Origin: Candidatus Latescibacterota bacterium | GTDB taxonomy: Bacteria > Latescibacterota > UBA2968 > UBA8231 | Direction: 5' to 3' | Length of the DNA: 64,000 nucleotides | Assembly: GCA_965248265.1 (NCBI GenBank) | Contig: CBDFJF010000001.1 | Coordinates: 2,624,001-2,688,000, forward strand | Part shown: in pieces, positions 28,797-37,330 of the stretch | How the letters are laid out: every line of letters begins with the position of its first letter | Position numbering within the stretch: position 1 is the stretch's first letter | Notes under the pieces: model-generated | Told to the model about the DNA's origin: nothing | Seen by the model: the letters and a program-made list of their open reading frames with translations, nothing else | Databases searched by the model: none | Made by a program: the position numbers and the translations under genes

Positions 28797-30229
28797 CCGA
28801 ACTGGCCTTCGCCGACCTGCAAACCCTTGCCAGCGCCCTGAACCGGGGCGAACTGTCTCCGGTCGAGCTCACTCAGTATTACCTGCAGCGGATCGATCGC
28901 CTCAACGGCGCCTTCAACGCCTACTTACATGTAGAGCCCGAGCGCGCCCTGGCGGCAGCCCGCGCGGCGGAACAGGCGCTCGCCGCCGGTGACAGCGTCG
29001 GCCCCCTGCACGGCATCCCGATCGCATTGAAGGATCTGATCGATGTCGCAGGAATGCCGACGGCGGGAGGATCCATCGTCTACCGAGACATTCCCGAGCG
29101 CGACGCCACGGTCACACGGCGATTGCGGCAGGCGGGGGCTGTCGTGCTGGGCAAGGCGCACCAGGTGGAACTGGCGTTTGGTGGCGTGGGCACGAACAGT
29201 CAGTACGGCACACCGTGGAACCCGTGGGACACAGTCACCCACCGTGCTCCCGGAGGTTCCAGCAGCGGATCCGCCGTCAGTGTGGCCGCGGATCTGGCGC
29301 CGGCCGCTATCGGCACGGACACCGGTGGTTCAGTCCGGATTCCATCTGCTCTGTGTGGCTTGGTCGGACTGAAGCCGACGTTCGGACGCGTCAGCAAAGC
29401 CGGCCTCATGCCGTTGGATTCTCAGCTGGACTGCGCCGGTCCGTTGGCCCGCTCAGTCGCCGATGCTGCCCTGCTTTACCAGGCGATAGCAGGGCCTGAT
29501 GCCGATGATTCCAGTACCCACACCCAACCACTGGATGATCCGCTGGCCACCATGTACGACGACGTTGCCGGCATGCGGCTCCGCATTCCCCGAGAGTATT
29601 TCTGGGATGACGTGGACCCTGAAGTCGAGGCTGCCGTCAGGGCCTCGGTGCAGACCTTCGCCGACCTCGGCGTCGACGTCGACGAAATCGCCATCGAGGA
29701 GCTCGATGATGTCGCCCAGGTGCGAGCTCGCGGCAGCCTGATCGCCGTCGAGGCCTATCTGAATTTCGGCGCTGAAATCGAGTCGGACCCGAATGCCTTC
29801 GACCCGGTGGTGCTGTCGCGTATCAGGGACGGCGAGAGCATGCGGGCGTTCGAATACCTCAGTATTCAACGAGACAATGAGCGACTGAGGAAGCGCTTCG
29901 CGGCGTCGATCCGCCACCTCGATGTGCTGTTGACACCGACCGTGCCGCTGGTAGCTCCGGCCGTGGATGATGTCGCCGACCGCGAGCAGTACGCCCGGAC
30001 CAACATGCTGCTGTTGCGCAACACCTCAGCCGTTAATCTGCTCGGCCTGTGCGCCCTCTCCGTACCCTGCGGCTTCACCCGCGGTGGCCTTCCAATCGGT
30101 CTGCAGTTGATCGCTCCCGCCTTCGGCGAACAACAGGTGTTGCGCTTGGGACAGGCCTACGAGCAGGCCACCGAGTGGCACCAACAGCATCCTGATCTGG
30201 AAGCACTCGAGGACGATGCCGGCGCGTGA
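28793..30229 (+). CDS. Amidase-signature family enzyme
   Basis: LHGIPIALKD, GGSSSGS, GTDTGGSVRIP (Ser-cisSer-Lys triad). Confidence 0.92.
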   Translation: MTELAFADLQTLASALNRGELSPVELTQYYLQRIDRLNGAFNAYLHVEPERALAAARAAEQALAAGDSVGPLHGIPIALKDLIDVAGMPTAGGSIVYRDIPERDATVTRRLRQAGAVVLGKAHQVELAFGGVGTNSQYGTPWNPWDTVTHRAPGGSSSGSAVSVAADLAPAAIGTDTGGSVRIPSALCGLVGLKPTFGRVSKAGLMPLDSQLDCAGPLARSVADAALLYQAIAGPDADDSSTHTQPLDDPLATMYDDVAGMRLRIPREYFWDDVDPEVEAAVRASVQTFADLGVDVDEIAIEELDDVAQVRARGSLIAVEAYLNFGAEIESDPNAFDPVVLSRIRDGESMRAFEYLSIQRDNERLRKRFAASIRHLDVLLTPTVPLVAPAVDDVADREQYARTNMLLLRNTSAVNLLGLCALSVPCGFTRGGLPIGLQLIAPAFGEQQVLRLGQAYEQATEWHQQHPDLEALEDDAGA

Positions 30230-30303
30230 GTCCGAGTACCGCGCACTGCCGCGTTTCAGCCAAGAATGGGTCGGAATGGTAGGTTAAGTAGGGTTCGGAA
30301 CTC

Positions 30304-30332
30304 TTGCGACTTACCAGCACGGCTTCTATATT
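30304..30332 (+). promoter_or_regulatory. sigma70 promoter of tRNA-Glu
   Basis: TTGCGA-17 bp-TATATT about 50 bp upstream of the tRNA. Confidence 0.6.
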
Positions 30333-30380
30333 CTCGTCTCCCGAACAAACGCCCCGTGCGAGCTGCTTTTCAGTTTTTTC

Positions 30381-30455
30381 GCTCCCATCGTCTAGCGGTT
30401 AGGACCCCAGATTTTCATTCTGGTAACCGGAGTTCGACTCTCCGTGGGAGTACCA
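30381..30455 (+). tRNA. tRNA-Glu (anticodon TTC), encoded CCA
   Basis: GCTCCCA/TGGGAGT acceptor stem, CCAGA-TTTTCAT-TCTGG anticodon arm, GTTCGAC T-loop, 3' ACCA. Confidence 0.97.
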
Positions 30456-30489
30456 TAATAACCGTTTTTGACACAACGGTTTGTGCGAC

Positions 30490-30517
30490 CAGAAGGCCCT
30501 TTGTTGAGGGCCTTCTG
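30490..30517. terminator. Hairpin between the convergent tRNA and CNNM genes
   Basis: CAGAAGGCCCT / AGGGCCTTCTG perfect 11-bp stem; weak U-tract. Confidence 0.65.
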
Positions 30518-30527
30518 TGGTGCGCCA

Positions 30528-31571
30528 TTACCGATCCGTGCCGCCTTCCCCAAGTGTCTTCTGCCTCCGCCGTCGCGCCAGCTCACGCAGATCGGCCACC
30601 TGATCGAATTCGTCAACGATTTCCTTGCCCAGGATCTCTTCCAGGACATCCTCCAGGGAAACCAGTCCGACCAGGCCTCCGAATTCATCGACTACCATCG
30701 ATAAGTGCTGGCGGCGCTCCATCAACATGCGCAGCAAACGATCCACGCTCAGACTCTGAGCAACGAAATCAACCGGCCGCATCAACTCTTCGACCCGCAT
30801 TTCACCCTGGCCGTCGGCCATCGCCGTGAGCAGGTCTCGGCGCAACGCCATACCCACGACATCGTCTGCATCCTTGTCGAAGACGGGGATGCGACTGTAG
30901 TTGAGCAGTCCGCTGTTGTCCTTCACCTCCTGCAGGGTGGCGTCCGCGCTCAGAGAGAACACGACCGTGCGAGGCGTCATGATCTCGCTGACCGACTTGG
31001 CCTGCAGCGACAGCACATTCTGGATGACCTCCGCTTCGTCCGCCTCGATGGCGCCAGCCTTCAGTCCCATTCGAGCCATCGACAAAAGCTCATCCTGCGA
31101 GACCTCATCCTGGACCTTACCGCGCGAAATCAGTTTGGTGACGAAACCGGTGAGCCAGATGAAGGGCGTAAAGAGTATGACGAGGATGTTCAAGGGCTGC
31201 GCGATGACGACAGACAGGGTGCGATTGTAGACGACGCCGGCTGTCTTCGGAATGACCTCCGAAAACATCAAGATCGCGAGCGTGAAGAAAGCGGAGAAAT
31301 AGGCGAGCCAGTCAGAGCCGAACACCTTCAATGCGGCCGCGCCAGCAATGGCAGCGCCTGCCGTGTTGGCCATCGTGTTCAGCGACAGAATGGCGGAAAT
31401 CGGTCGATCCACATCCTGTCTCAAGCGCTGCAATATGTGACCGGCGCGGCGTCCCTCGGTGGCCATGGATTCTATGTGGCTCAATGGCACCGAGTAGAGG
31501 ACAGCCTCGAACAGAGAGCACATCGCGGAAATCAGAACCGCGGCACTGACGGCTACTACCAGTTCGAGCAT
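30528..31571 (-). CDS. CNNM/DUF21-CBS membrane protein (CorB/TlyC-like Mg2+ homeostasis)
   Basis: SLFEAVL, ILSLNT, SEVIPK, MTPR, YSRIPV, VVDEFGG, LEDVLEEILG. Confidence 0.9.
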   Translation of the reverse strand: MLELVVAVSAAVLISAMCSLFEAVLYSVPLSHIESMATEGRRAGHILQRLRQDVDRPISAILSLNTMANTAGAAIAGAAALKVFGSDWLAYFSAFFTLAILMFSEVIPKTAGVVYNRTLSVVIAQPLNILVILFTPFIWLTGFVTKLISRGKVQDEVSQDELLSMARMGLKAGAIEADEAEVIQNVLSLQAKSVSEIMTPRTVVFSLSADATLQEVKDNSGLLNYSRIPVFDKDADDVVGMALRRDLLTAMADGQGEMRVEELMRPVDFVAQSLSVDRLLRMLMERRQHLSMVVDEFGGLVGLVSLEDVLEEILGKEIVDEFDQVADLRELARRRRQKTLGEGGTDR

Positions 31572-31801
31572 GTTGCAGACTATCTCCTTGCGGATCGTGT
31601 GTTTGGATAGGAAGGCCAGGTAATGAACGCGGCTTCCCCCAAGTTACGTTATCTTCCGTCAGGTGGCTCGTTGCTTAGTTCAGCCGCGCCGGTAGCGCCC
31701 CAACATCCGACCCGGACGACCACCACCCCACTGATAGTCCACCCGTCTCCAACTTGCACAACGGATCAGGATAATTCGCCTCTTGATTGTGAGTCTTTTC
31801 T

Positions 31802-33382
31802 GTGATCGACCCTGATTCCGATTCCGCTCAAAAGACTGTCACGCTGACCACGCGGGCCATCCGCGGCGCTTTCTGGACCAGCAGCCCGTTTCTGCTGCAG
31901 ATGGGCGTTCGCCTGGTGTTTTTCAGCGATCAGGGACCAGCGGCAATGGGGTTATTCGATGTCGCCCTGTTACTGGTAATGTTTCTCGCCCTGCTGAGCG
32001 ACCTTGGTCTGTGGTCAGCCCTGATTCAGCATCGCAACGTCACCGACCTTCATTTCAGCACGGCCTTTTGGACCTGCTTGTGCTCCGGCGTCGTCATGGC
32101 TGCGCTGACGACCCGGTTCGGACCACAGGCGATTGAATTCATCAGACTTGGCATCGGAAATCTGCTGTCGGTTGTCGGGATGGGTGGATGCGCGGATCCG
32201 GCGGCACATGCAGGCCCCAGCGAACACGCTCCGATCCTGGCAACCATGAGTCTGCTGCTGCCATGTGCCGCCGTCTCGGGTTTGTTCCGGGCGCGCCTGC
32301 AGAGGGACCTGCGCTTCAAGAAGATCGCCTTTGCCGAGGTTGGCTCTGTCCTCGTGTACTCCGCCTTTACGCTGGCGATGTTGGAGTCGTTGGAGATCAT
32401 GAGTCTGGTCATCGGCGCCGTCGTTCGTGAGGCCGCACTACTGGTAGGCCTGGCGATCACCGCTCGTTGGTTGCCACAACTGACTTTCAGTGGTACAGCG
32501 CTGAGACAGATCTTGAGCTTTGGGCTCAACTTCACCGGCTCGAGAGCCGTCAACTACGCCAACAGCGCCTTGCCGGCGTTGGTCGTGTTCTCGGCTCTGG
32601 GGAAGGAGGCACTGGGGTACTACAGTTTCGCAGTGGCCCTGACGCTCATGCCGTTGACGCGAATCTCCACAATTCTGACCAGAGTCTTTTTTCCAGCATT
32701 CTCAACCGTTCAGGAAGACGACGCCATGTTGCGGCGAGGCTATCTGAAAACCGCGCAGTCGATCGCCTTGTTCTATTGGCCCGCACTGGTAGCCATCTTC
32801 GTCTTCGCGCCCGACGGTATCGAACTCATGCGGGGAGCAGAGGACCATGATTACTCTCCGGCCTTGCTGCCTCTGCGTTTGCTCATAGTCGCAACGATGC
32901 TGAAGGCAGTGGGGACAGGAGTCGGCTCCATGTTCCTGGCCAAGGGCAAGGCCAACTGGACCCTCTACTGGTCTCTTTTCAGCATGGGATTGTTGCTACC
33001 CCTGCTATTGTGGAGTGTTGAGGACGGACTGACCGGCGTCGGCATAGTGATGGCGGCAACCTCTTCCATTTTCCTGGTGCTATCACAGTTGTTGACCAAT
33101 CGTCTGATAGTCCTGCGCCTCACAGAGTACCTTGGCGCTTTGAGCCGACCCGCGCTGGTGACCGGATTCGTCCTGCTGTCAGCGACCCTCCTGCGCCCCT
33201 ACCTGCCGGGAGATGCTCTCGCTGTCTGCCTCCAGGCAGCAATCGTATCTGGGTTATTGGGCGGCCTGGCGCTGCGTCTGTTTGCTTGGGACATGTGTCG
33301 GAATCTGTGGCGCAATCTGCGCGGTCAGACAGATTCCGTGAGCATTGAGGGCGTAACCTCGCCAGACGACGTCATCCGCTGA
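31802..33382 (+). CDS. Second Wzx-type oligosaccharide flippase
   Basis: RAIRGAFW, DLGLWSALIQ, LQRDLRFKKIA, LGYYSFA, FPAFS. Confidence 0.85.
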   Translation: MIDPDSDSAQKTVTLTTRAIRGAFWTSSPFLLQMGVRLVFFSDQGPAAMGLFDVALLLVMFLALLSDLGLWSALIQHRNVTDLHFSTAFWTCLCSGVVMAALTTRFGPQAIEFIRLGIGNLLSVVGMGGCADPAAHAGPSEHAPILATMSLLLPCAAVSGLFRARLQRDLRFKKIAFAEVGSVLVYSAFTLAMLESLEIMSLVIGAVVREAALLVGLAITARWLPQLTFSGTALRQILSFGLNFTGSRAVNYANSALPALVVFSALGKEALGYYSFAVALTLMPLTRISTILTRVFFPAFSTVQEDDAMLRRGYLKTAQSIALFYWPALVAIFVFAPDGIELMRGAEDHDYSPALLPLRLLIVATMLKAVGTGVGSMFLAKGKANWTLYWSLFSMGLLLPLLLWSVEDGLTGVGIVMAATSSIFLVLSQLLTNRLIVLRLTEYLGALSRPALVTGFVLLSATLLRPYLPGDALAVCLQAAIVSGLLGGLALRLFAWDMCRNLWRNLRGQTDSVSIEGVTSPDDVIR

Positions 33383-33489
33383 AAACCAGCTTTCCCCTTT
33401 TGCGCCTGCCTTGTGCGGGAAGTATGTTCTACCGCGAAATCGAACTTGGGTTTCGACTGAGCCTGCAAACGCCTGTACCGAGGAGTTAG

Positions 33490-34401
33490 ATGATGGGTAG
33501 CAAAGGAAACGGCCAGCCCGCTGAGACCGGGACGTTGCGTCTGAAGACCGGCCTGGCCGAGATGCTCAAGGGTGGCGTCATCATGGATGTCACGAATGCC
33601 GACCAGGCCAAGATCGCCGAGGATGCCGGCGCGTGCTCCGTCATGGCTCTCGAGCGCGTTCCCTCCGACATACGCAAAGAGGGCGGCGTCGCACGCATGG
33701 CCAGCATCAGCAAGATCCGCGAAATCATGGAAGTCGTGACGATTCCGGTCATGGCCAAGGTCCGGATCGGGCACATCGCCGAAGCGCAGATCCTTCAGGC
33801 ATTGGGCGTCGACTACGTCGACGAGAGCGAGGTGCTGACTCCCGCGGATGAGCACCACCACCTGGACAAGTTTGGCTTCGACGTTCCGTTCGTCTGTGGT
33901 TGCCGCAACCTGGGCGAGGCCCTGCGCCGTATCGGCGAAGGTGCGGCGATGATTCGCACCAAAGGCGAGGCCGGCTCCGGCAACATCGTCGAGGCCGTCC
34001 GCCACATGCGCACGGTCATCAGCGAGATGCGCCGTTTGACGACGATGGGCTCCGAAGAGTTAATGAACGCTGCCAAGGAGCTGGGTGCTCCCTATGAGCT
34101 GGTCAGAATGGTGGCAGCATCCGGCGAATTGCCGGTTCCCAACTTCGCGGCCGGCGGCGTTTCCACTCCGGCGGATGCCTCCCTGATGATGCAGCTGGGC
34201 GCCCAGGCCATCTTTGTCGGGTCTGGCGTCTTCAAGTCGAGTGATCCGCCCAAGCGCGCCCGCGCCATCGTCGAGGCCACGACACATTACATGGATGCTG
34301 ACGTACTCGTGCGTGTCTCCGAGGAGTTGGGCGAGGCCATGCCGGGCATTGAGATGAGCACTTTGGGAGAAGACCAGTTGCTGCAGACGCGGGGTTGGTA
34401 A
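33490..34401 (+). CDS. pdxS: Pyridoxal 5'-phosphate synthase, lyase subunit
   Basis: [29 protein letters not shown], terminal RGW. Confidence 0.97.
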   Translation: MMGSKGNGQPAETGTLRLKTGLAEMLKGGVIMDVTNADQAKIAEDAGACSVMALERVPSDIRKEGGVARMASISKIREIMEVVTIPVMAKVRIGHIAEAQILQALGVDYVDESEVLTPADEHHHLDKFGFDVPFVCGCRNLGEALRRIGEGAAMIRTKGEAGSGNIVEAVRHMRTVISEMRRLTTMGSEELMNAAKELGAPYELVRMVAASGELPVPNFAAGGVSTPADASLMMQLGAQAIFVGSGVFKSSDPPKRARAIVEATTHYMDADVLVRVSEELGEAMPGIEMSTLGEDQLLQTRGW

Positions 34402-34447
34402 CTCCACAGCACTGCTGACTGGCAACAGCTGTTACGGGCGGCCCGCT

Positions 34448-34504
34448 GAGGCGATCCGCCGAGGCGATCCGCATCGCACGATGATGGGGATCGCCTTTTT
34501 CTTT
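34448..34504 (+). terminator. Terminator-like hairpin with duplicated 5' arm between pdxS and pdxT
   Basis: GAGGCGATCCGC x2 (34448, 34461); AGGCGATCC pairs with GGATCGCCT (34488-34496), followed by TTTTCTTT. Confidence 0.65.
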
Positions 34505-34515
34505 GCGAGAGGATC

Positions 34516-35124
34516 ATGATAGGAATCCTGGGCCTGCAGGGTGATTTCGCCGCACATGGTGATACCCTCGACCTGCTGGGTGTGGACCATCGGGTCGTCA
34601 AGAAGCCAGATGAACTCGACGCTGTCCACGGCTTGATCATTCCAGGCGGCGAAAGCACGACGCTCATCAAGCTGATGGAGAGCTACGACTATTGGGGTGC
34701 GCTCGAAGCCTTCGTGAAATCGGGGAAGCCGGTCATGGGAACCTGCGCTGGATTGATCCTGCTCGCCCGCGAGGTCCTCAATCCTCCTCAGGCATCACTG
34801 GGCTGCATCGACATCACGGTCGAGCGCAACAGCTACGGTCGCCAGCGCGAGAGCTTCGAGGCGATGGGGCAGTTCGATCCTGAGGGAATCAGCCTTGATT
34901 CCGGGGAAGCGGGCGGACGTCCTGTCCACGGCGGACATCCTGTCCACATGGTGTTCATTCGTGCGCCACGCATCCTGCGCCTGGGACCCAGGGTCACTCC
35001 GTTGGCCACCTGCGGTGACGACTGCGTCATGGCGCGGGAGGACAATGTCGTGGTGGCTTCATTCCATCCCGAATTGTCGGAAGATGACAGCGTGCACGCT
35101 TATTTCGCCCGTCTTGTTAAGTAA
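34516..35124 (+). CDS. pdxT: PLP synthase glutaminase subunit
   Basis: LQGDF, PGGEST, GTCAG, RNSYGRQ, FIRAP, FHPE. Confidence 0.96.
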   Translation: MIGILGLQGDFAAHGDTLDLLGVDHRVVKKPDELDAVHGLIIPGGESTTLIKLMESYDYWGALEAFVKSGKPVMGTCAGLILLAREVLNPPQASLGCIDITVERNSYGRQRESFEAMGQFDPEGISLDSGEAGGRPVHGGHPVHMVFIRAPRILRLGPRVTPLATCGDDCVMAREDNVVVASFHPELSEDDSVHAYFARLVK

Positions 35125-35149
35125 GTCGTCGCCTCAGCCGGAGATCAGG

Positions 35150-35743
35150 TCAGAAGTTGTACTGCAGTCGTGCCGTAAAGCGGTTGATGCTGATGTTGTC
35201 GTCTGAGAAGATGAAGTCGTGCTGGTAGCGCAATCCCACCTGAAAACTCTCATTCAAGACGAGTTCGGCGCCCACTGCCGGCGCGATGCCGAACTTGCTG
35301 GAACCACCGTCAGGTGAGTAGATCTCGGCATCGAGGCCGAACAGGTAATTGAACGGGGCCCTGTTCATCGATTGCCGCATGCCCATACTGAACAGGTCGG
35401 CTGACGAATCGCCGGAGATGTGGCCGTAGCCCATTTGGAAGGCCAGATATTCCTCGATCAGATAGCCGGCGTTGACCCCACCCATGAGATCGGTCCGCGA
35501 CACCTTGTCGAGAGAGTTGTCCGGTTCGATATCGATGGTCGCCGCTCCGAAATAACCCTCAAGATAGTACTTCCCGAAGGTTTGCAGCAGCCGGTACCCA
35601 CCCTTGCCGTATTCACTGTTCTCCGCCCCGTCGGTGCGCCCCGGTTCCACATCGGCCAGCGCCGACGATGACATCATGGCCATGAGCAACAACAGCGTGA
35701 ACGGTAGCAACGACAATCGTAGCAACCCCCTGCACCGGTTCAT
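35150..35743 (-). CDS. Small outer-membrane beta-barrel protein
   Basis: Signal peptide, alternating beta strands, C-terminal LQYNF BAM signal. Confidence 0.7.
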   Translation of the reverse strand: MNRCRGLLRLSLLPFTLLLLMAMMSSSALADVEPGRTDGAENSEYGKGGYRLLQTFGKYYLEGYFGAATIDIEPDNSLDKVSRTDLMGGVNAGYLIEEYLAFQMGYGHISGDSSADLFSMGMRQSMNRAPFNYLFGLDAEIYSPDGGSSKFGIAPAVGAELVLNESFQVGLRYQHDFIFSDDNISINRFTARLQYNF

Positions 35744-35780
35744 GATACCGATTCCCTTCTGAGCAACCGCTCGCCTGAGA

Positions 35781-36404
35781 TCAAAAGCCGATACTCTTCT
35801 TCTGGAATTTCTTGACGATTTCTTTGTGGCCCGTCCACAGGATTTCCGTGGTCTTGATGTCCGTCAACTCGAAGGTCGCCTTGTAGTAGACGGCCTTCTG
35901 TTTGCCGACCTGCTGCACGATCGACGTGATCACACCGCCCAGGAAAAACTCGGCGGCTTTCTGTTCCCCGGGTCCCTGCGCCTCGGCCGAATCGACGTAC
36001 CCCGACCCCTGGTACTCATACTCCTCGGCGATCTCTTGCCGCGCCGCCTTGTCGAGAAAGGAGAAGCGTCCACTGTTGATCAATGCAGTTTTGACATGGT
36101 CGTAGAGCGCACTCATGTCGATGTGCTCGGAGGTCCGGTTCTTCGGCTGCTCGAGTATGACCACGGGCTTGCCCGGTATCCCTGCTGTGCCGACCCAGGC
36201 CTCCATCGAATTGATGACCGTCTTGGCCACCAACTGCATGTCGTTCTGGTTCCACTTGTCATCCAGCATGGCGATCTCTTCGGGATCGGCGTATTGCCCC
36301 TGAGTAAACGCCTGCGGACCTGCGCAACCCGATACCGCTATCGTTGAGACCACGACAGCCAGAATCAGCAGCCGCGCCTTGTTGTCGATCTGCACCGTCC
36401 TCAT
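35781..36404 (-). CDS. LpoB-like (COG3417) lipoprotein, penicillin-binding protein activator family
   Basis: Lipobox VSGC, KNRTSEHID, LINSGRF, YY..TFELTD...EILW. Confidence 0.8.
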   Translation of the reverse strand: MRTVQIDNKARLLILAVVVSTIAVSGCAGPQAFTQGQYADPEEIAMLDDKWNQNDMQLVAKTVINSMEAWVGTAGIPGKPVVILEQPKNRTSEHIDMSALYDHVKTALINSGRFSFLDKAARQEIAEEYEYQGSGYVDSAEAQGPGEQKAAEFFLGGVITSIVQQVGKQKAVYYKATFELTDIKTTEILWTGHKEIVKKFQKKSIGF

Positions 36405-36426
36405 GTCACGGACTCCCTGTTCATTG

Positions 36427-37305
36427 TCAATCCCATTCGCATTCGAAGTGCGTTCGTACCAAATGCCAGCGATCGGCCAACATCGTATCCTGGCGGTGCA
36501 ACGCCTGCAAGGTGCAGGATTGCTGCAGGGAGCTCGACGGGTAGTTGAATGCGAACTCCATGGCCGCCTCGCGGTCGGCCTTTGGTATGTCAGCGGAGGT
36601 GTAAATATCAGGCTTGGTGGAGGTAAAAACCAACGCCTGCTTCTGCCCGTGCGTTTTGAGCGGAACGCTCGAGGTGAACAGAATGCGGCGTACCTTCTTC
36701 GGCAGCAGAAGATCGGTGTTGTCGATGAGGGTGTCGCGCTGCCACTGCCGGCCCAGAATGGATTGCAGATTGCCGACGAAAACGCGCTCGCGTTCGCCGT
36801 CGGGAATGATCAGATAGAGATACCCCTTACGCGCTTGGGACGAGACCTCCGCCATTCCCCCCTTGCCCTCGAAATCCAGCGAAATCGTCAGATCGATGGA
36901 GCGATTGGGGCGTAGTGCGTGCAGGGATACGGCCGCGATCACCCCTTCCGACACGCCCGCTTTCTTGAGGCCTACCAGGGCGTCAACGGAGGCGTCGCAT
37001 GCGCAGCGGCGTTGCTCCAGCATCGCTGTGATGGCAGCCTCGCTGAATTTGCTCACACTCAACTTGCGCACATCGTCCAGGGTCATCGGCAGCTGATCGG
37101 AACGCTCATACACGGCCGGCAACGTCCCGCCGTCCCACTCGACGATGTTGTGCACCAAACCGCGCTCGAGTATGGAACCTGCTGGTCCACCAAGACCGGC
37201 TTTAGCAGGGCTTTGTTGACCCTGTGCCGCCACCACGGCTCCGAACCAGAGCACCGTTACCGCCACAGTCATCATGGCTGACTTGCACCGTCTTGAACGC
37301 ATCAT
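36427..37305 (-). CDS. Exported hypothetical protein
   Basis: Signal peptide; helical module TLDDVRKL...ALVGLKKAGVSEGVIAA followed by a beta-rich region. Confidence 0.7.
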   Translation of the reverse strand: MMRSRRCKSAMMTVAVTVLWFGAVVAAQGQQSPAKAGLGGPAGSILERGLVHNIVEWDGGTLPAVYERSDQLPMTLDDVRKLSVSKFSEAAITAMLEQRRCACDASVDALVGLKKAGVSEGVIAAVSLHALRPNRSIDLTISLDFEGKGGMAEVSSQARKGYLYLIIPDGERERVFVGNLQSILGRQWQRDTLIDNTDLLLPKKVRRILFTSSVPLKTHGQKQALVFTSTKPDIYTSADIPKADREAAMEFAFNYPSSSLQQSCTLQALHRQDTMLADRWHLVRTHFECEWD

Positions 37306-37330
37306 CCGTTCACCTTTTCCCGATAGCCCT

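Noticed and set aside
28793-30229. gatA
   Set aside because: Only the generic amidase signature is seen, with no gatB/gatC neighbours.
30381-30530. Genomic island or prophage integrated at tRNA-Glu
   Set aside because: No integrase, no duplicated tRNA 3' end seen, and ordinary genes on both sides.
31572-31801. Metal-sensing riboswitch upstream of the CNNM gene
   Set aside because: No recognisable M-box, yybP-ykoY, NiCo or fluoride consensus by eye; an Rfam scan is needed to exclude it fully.
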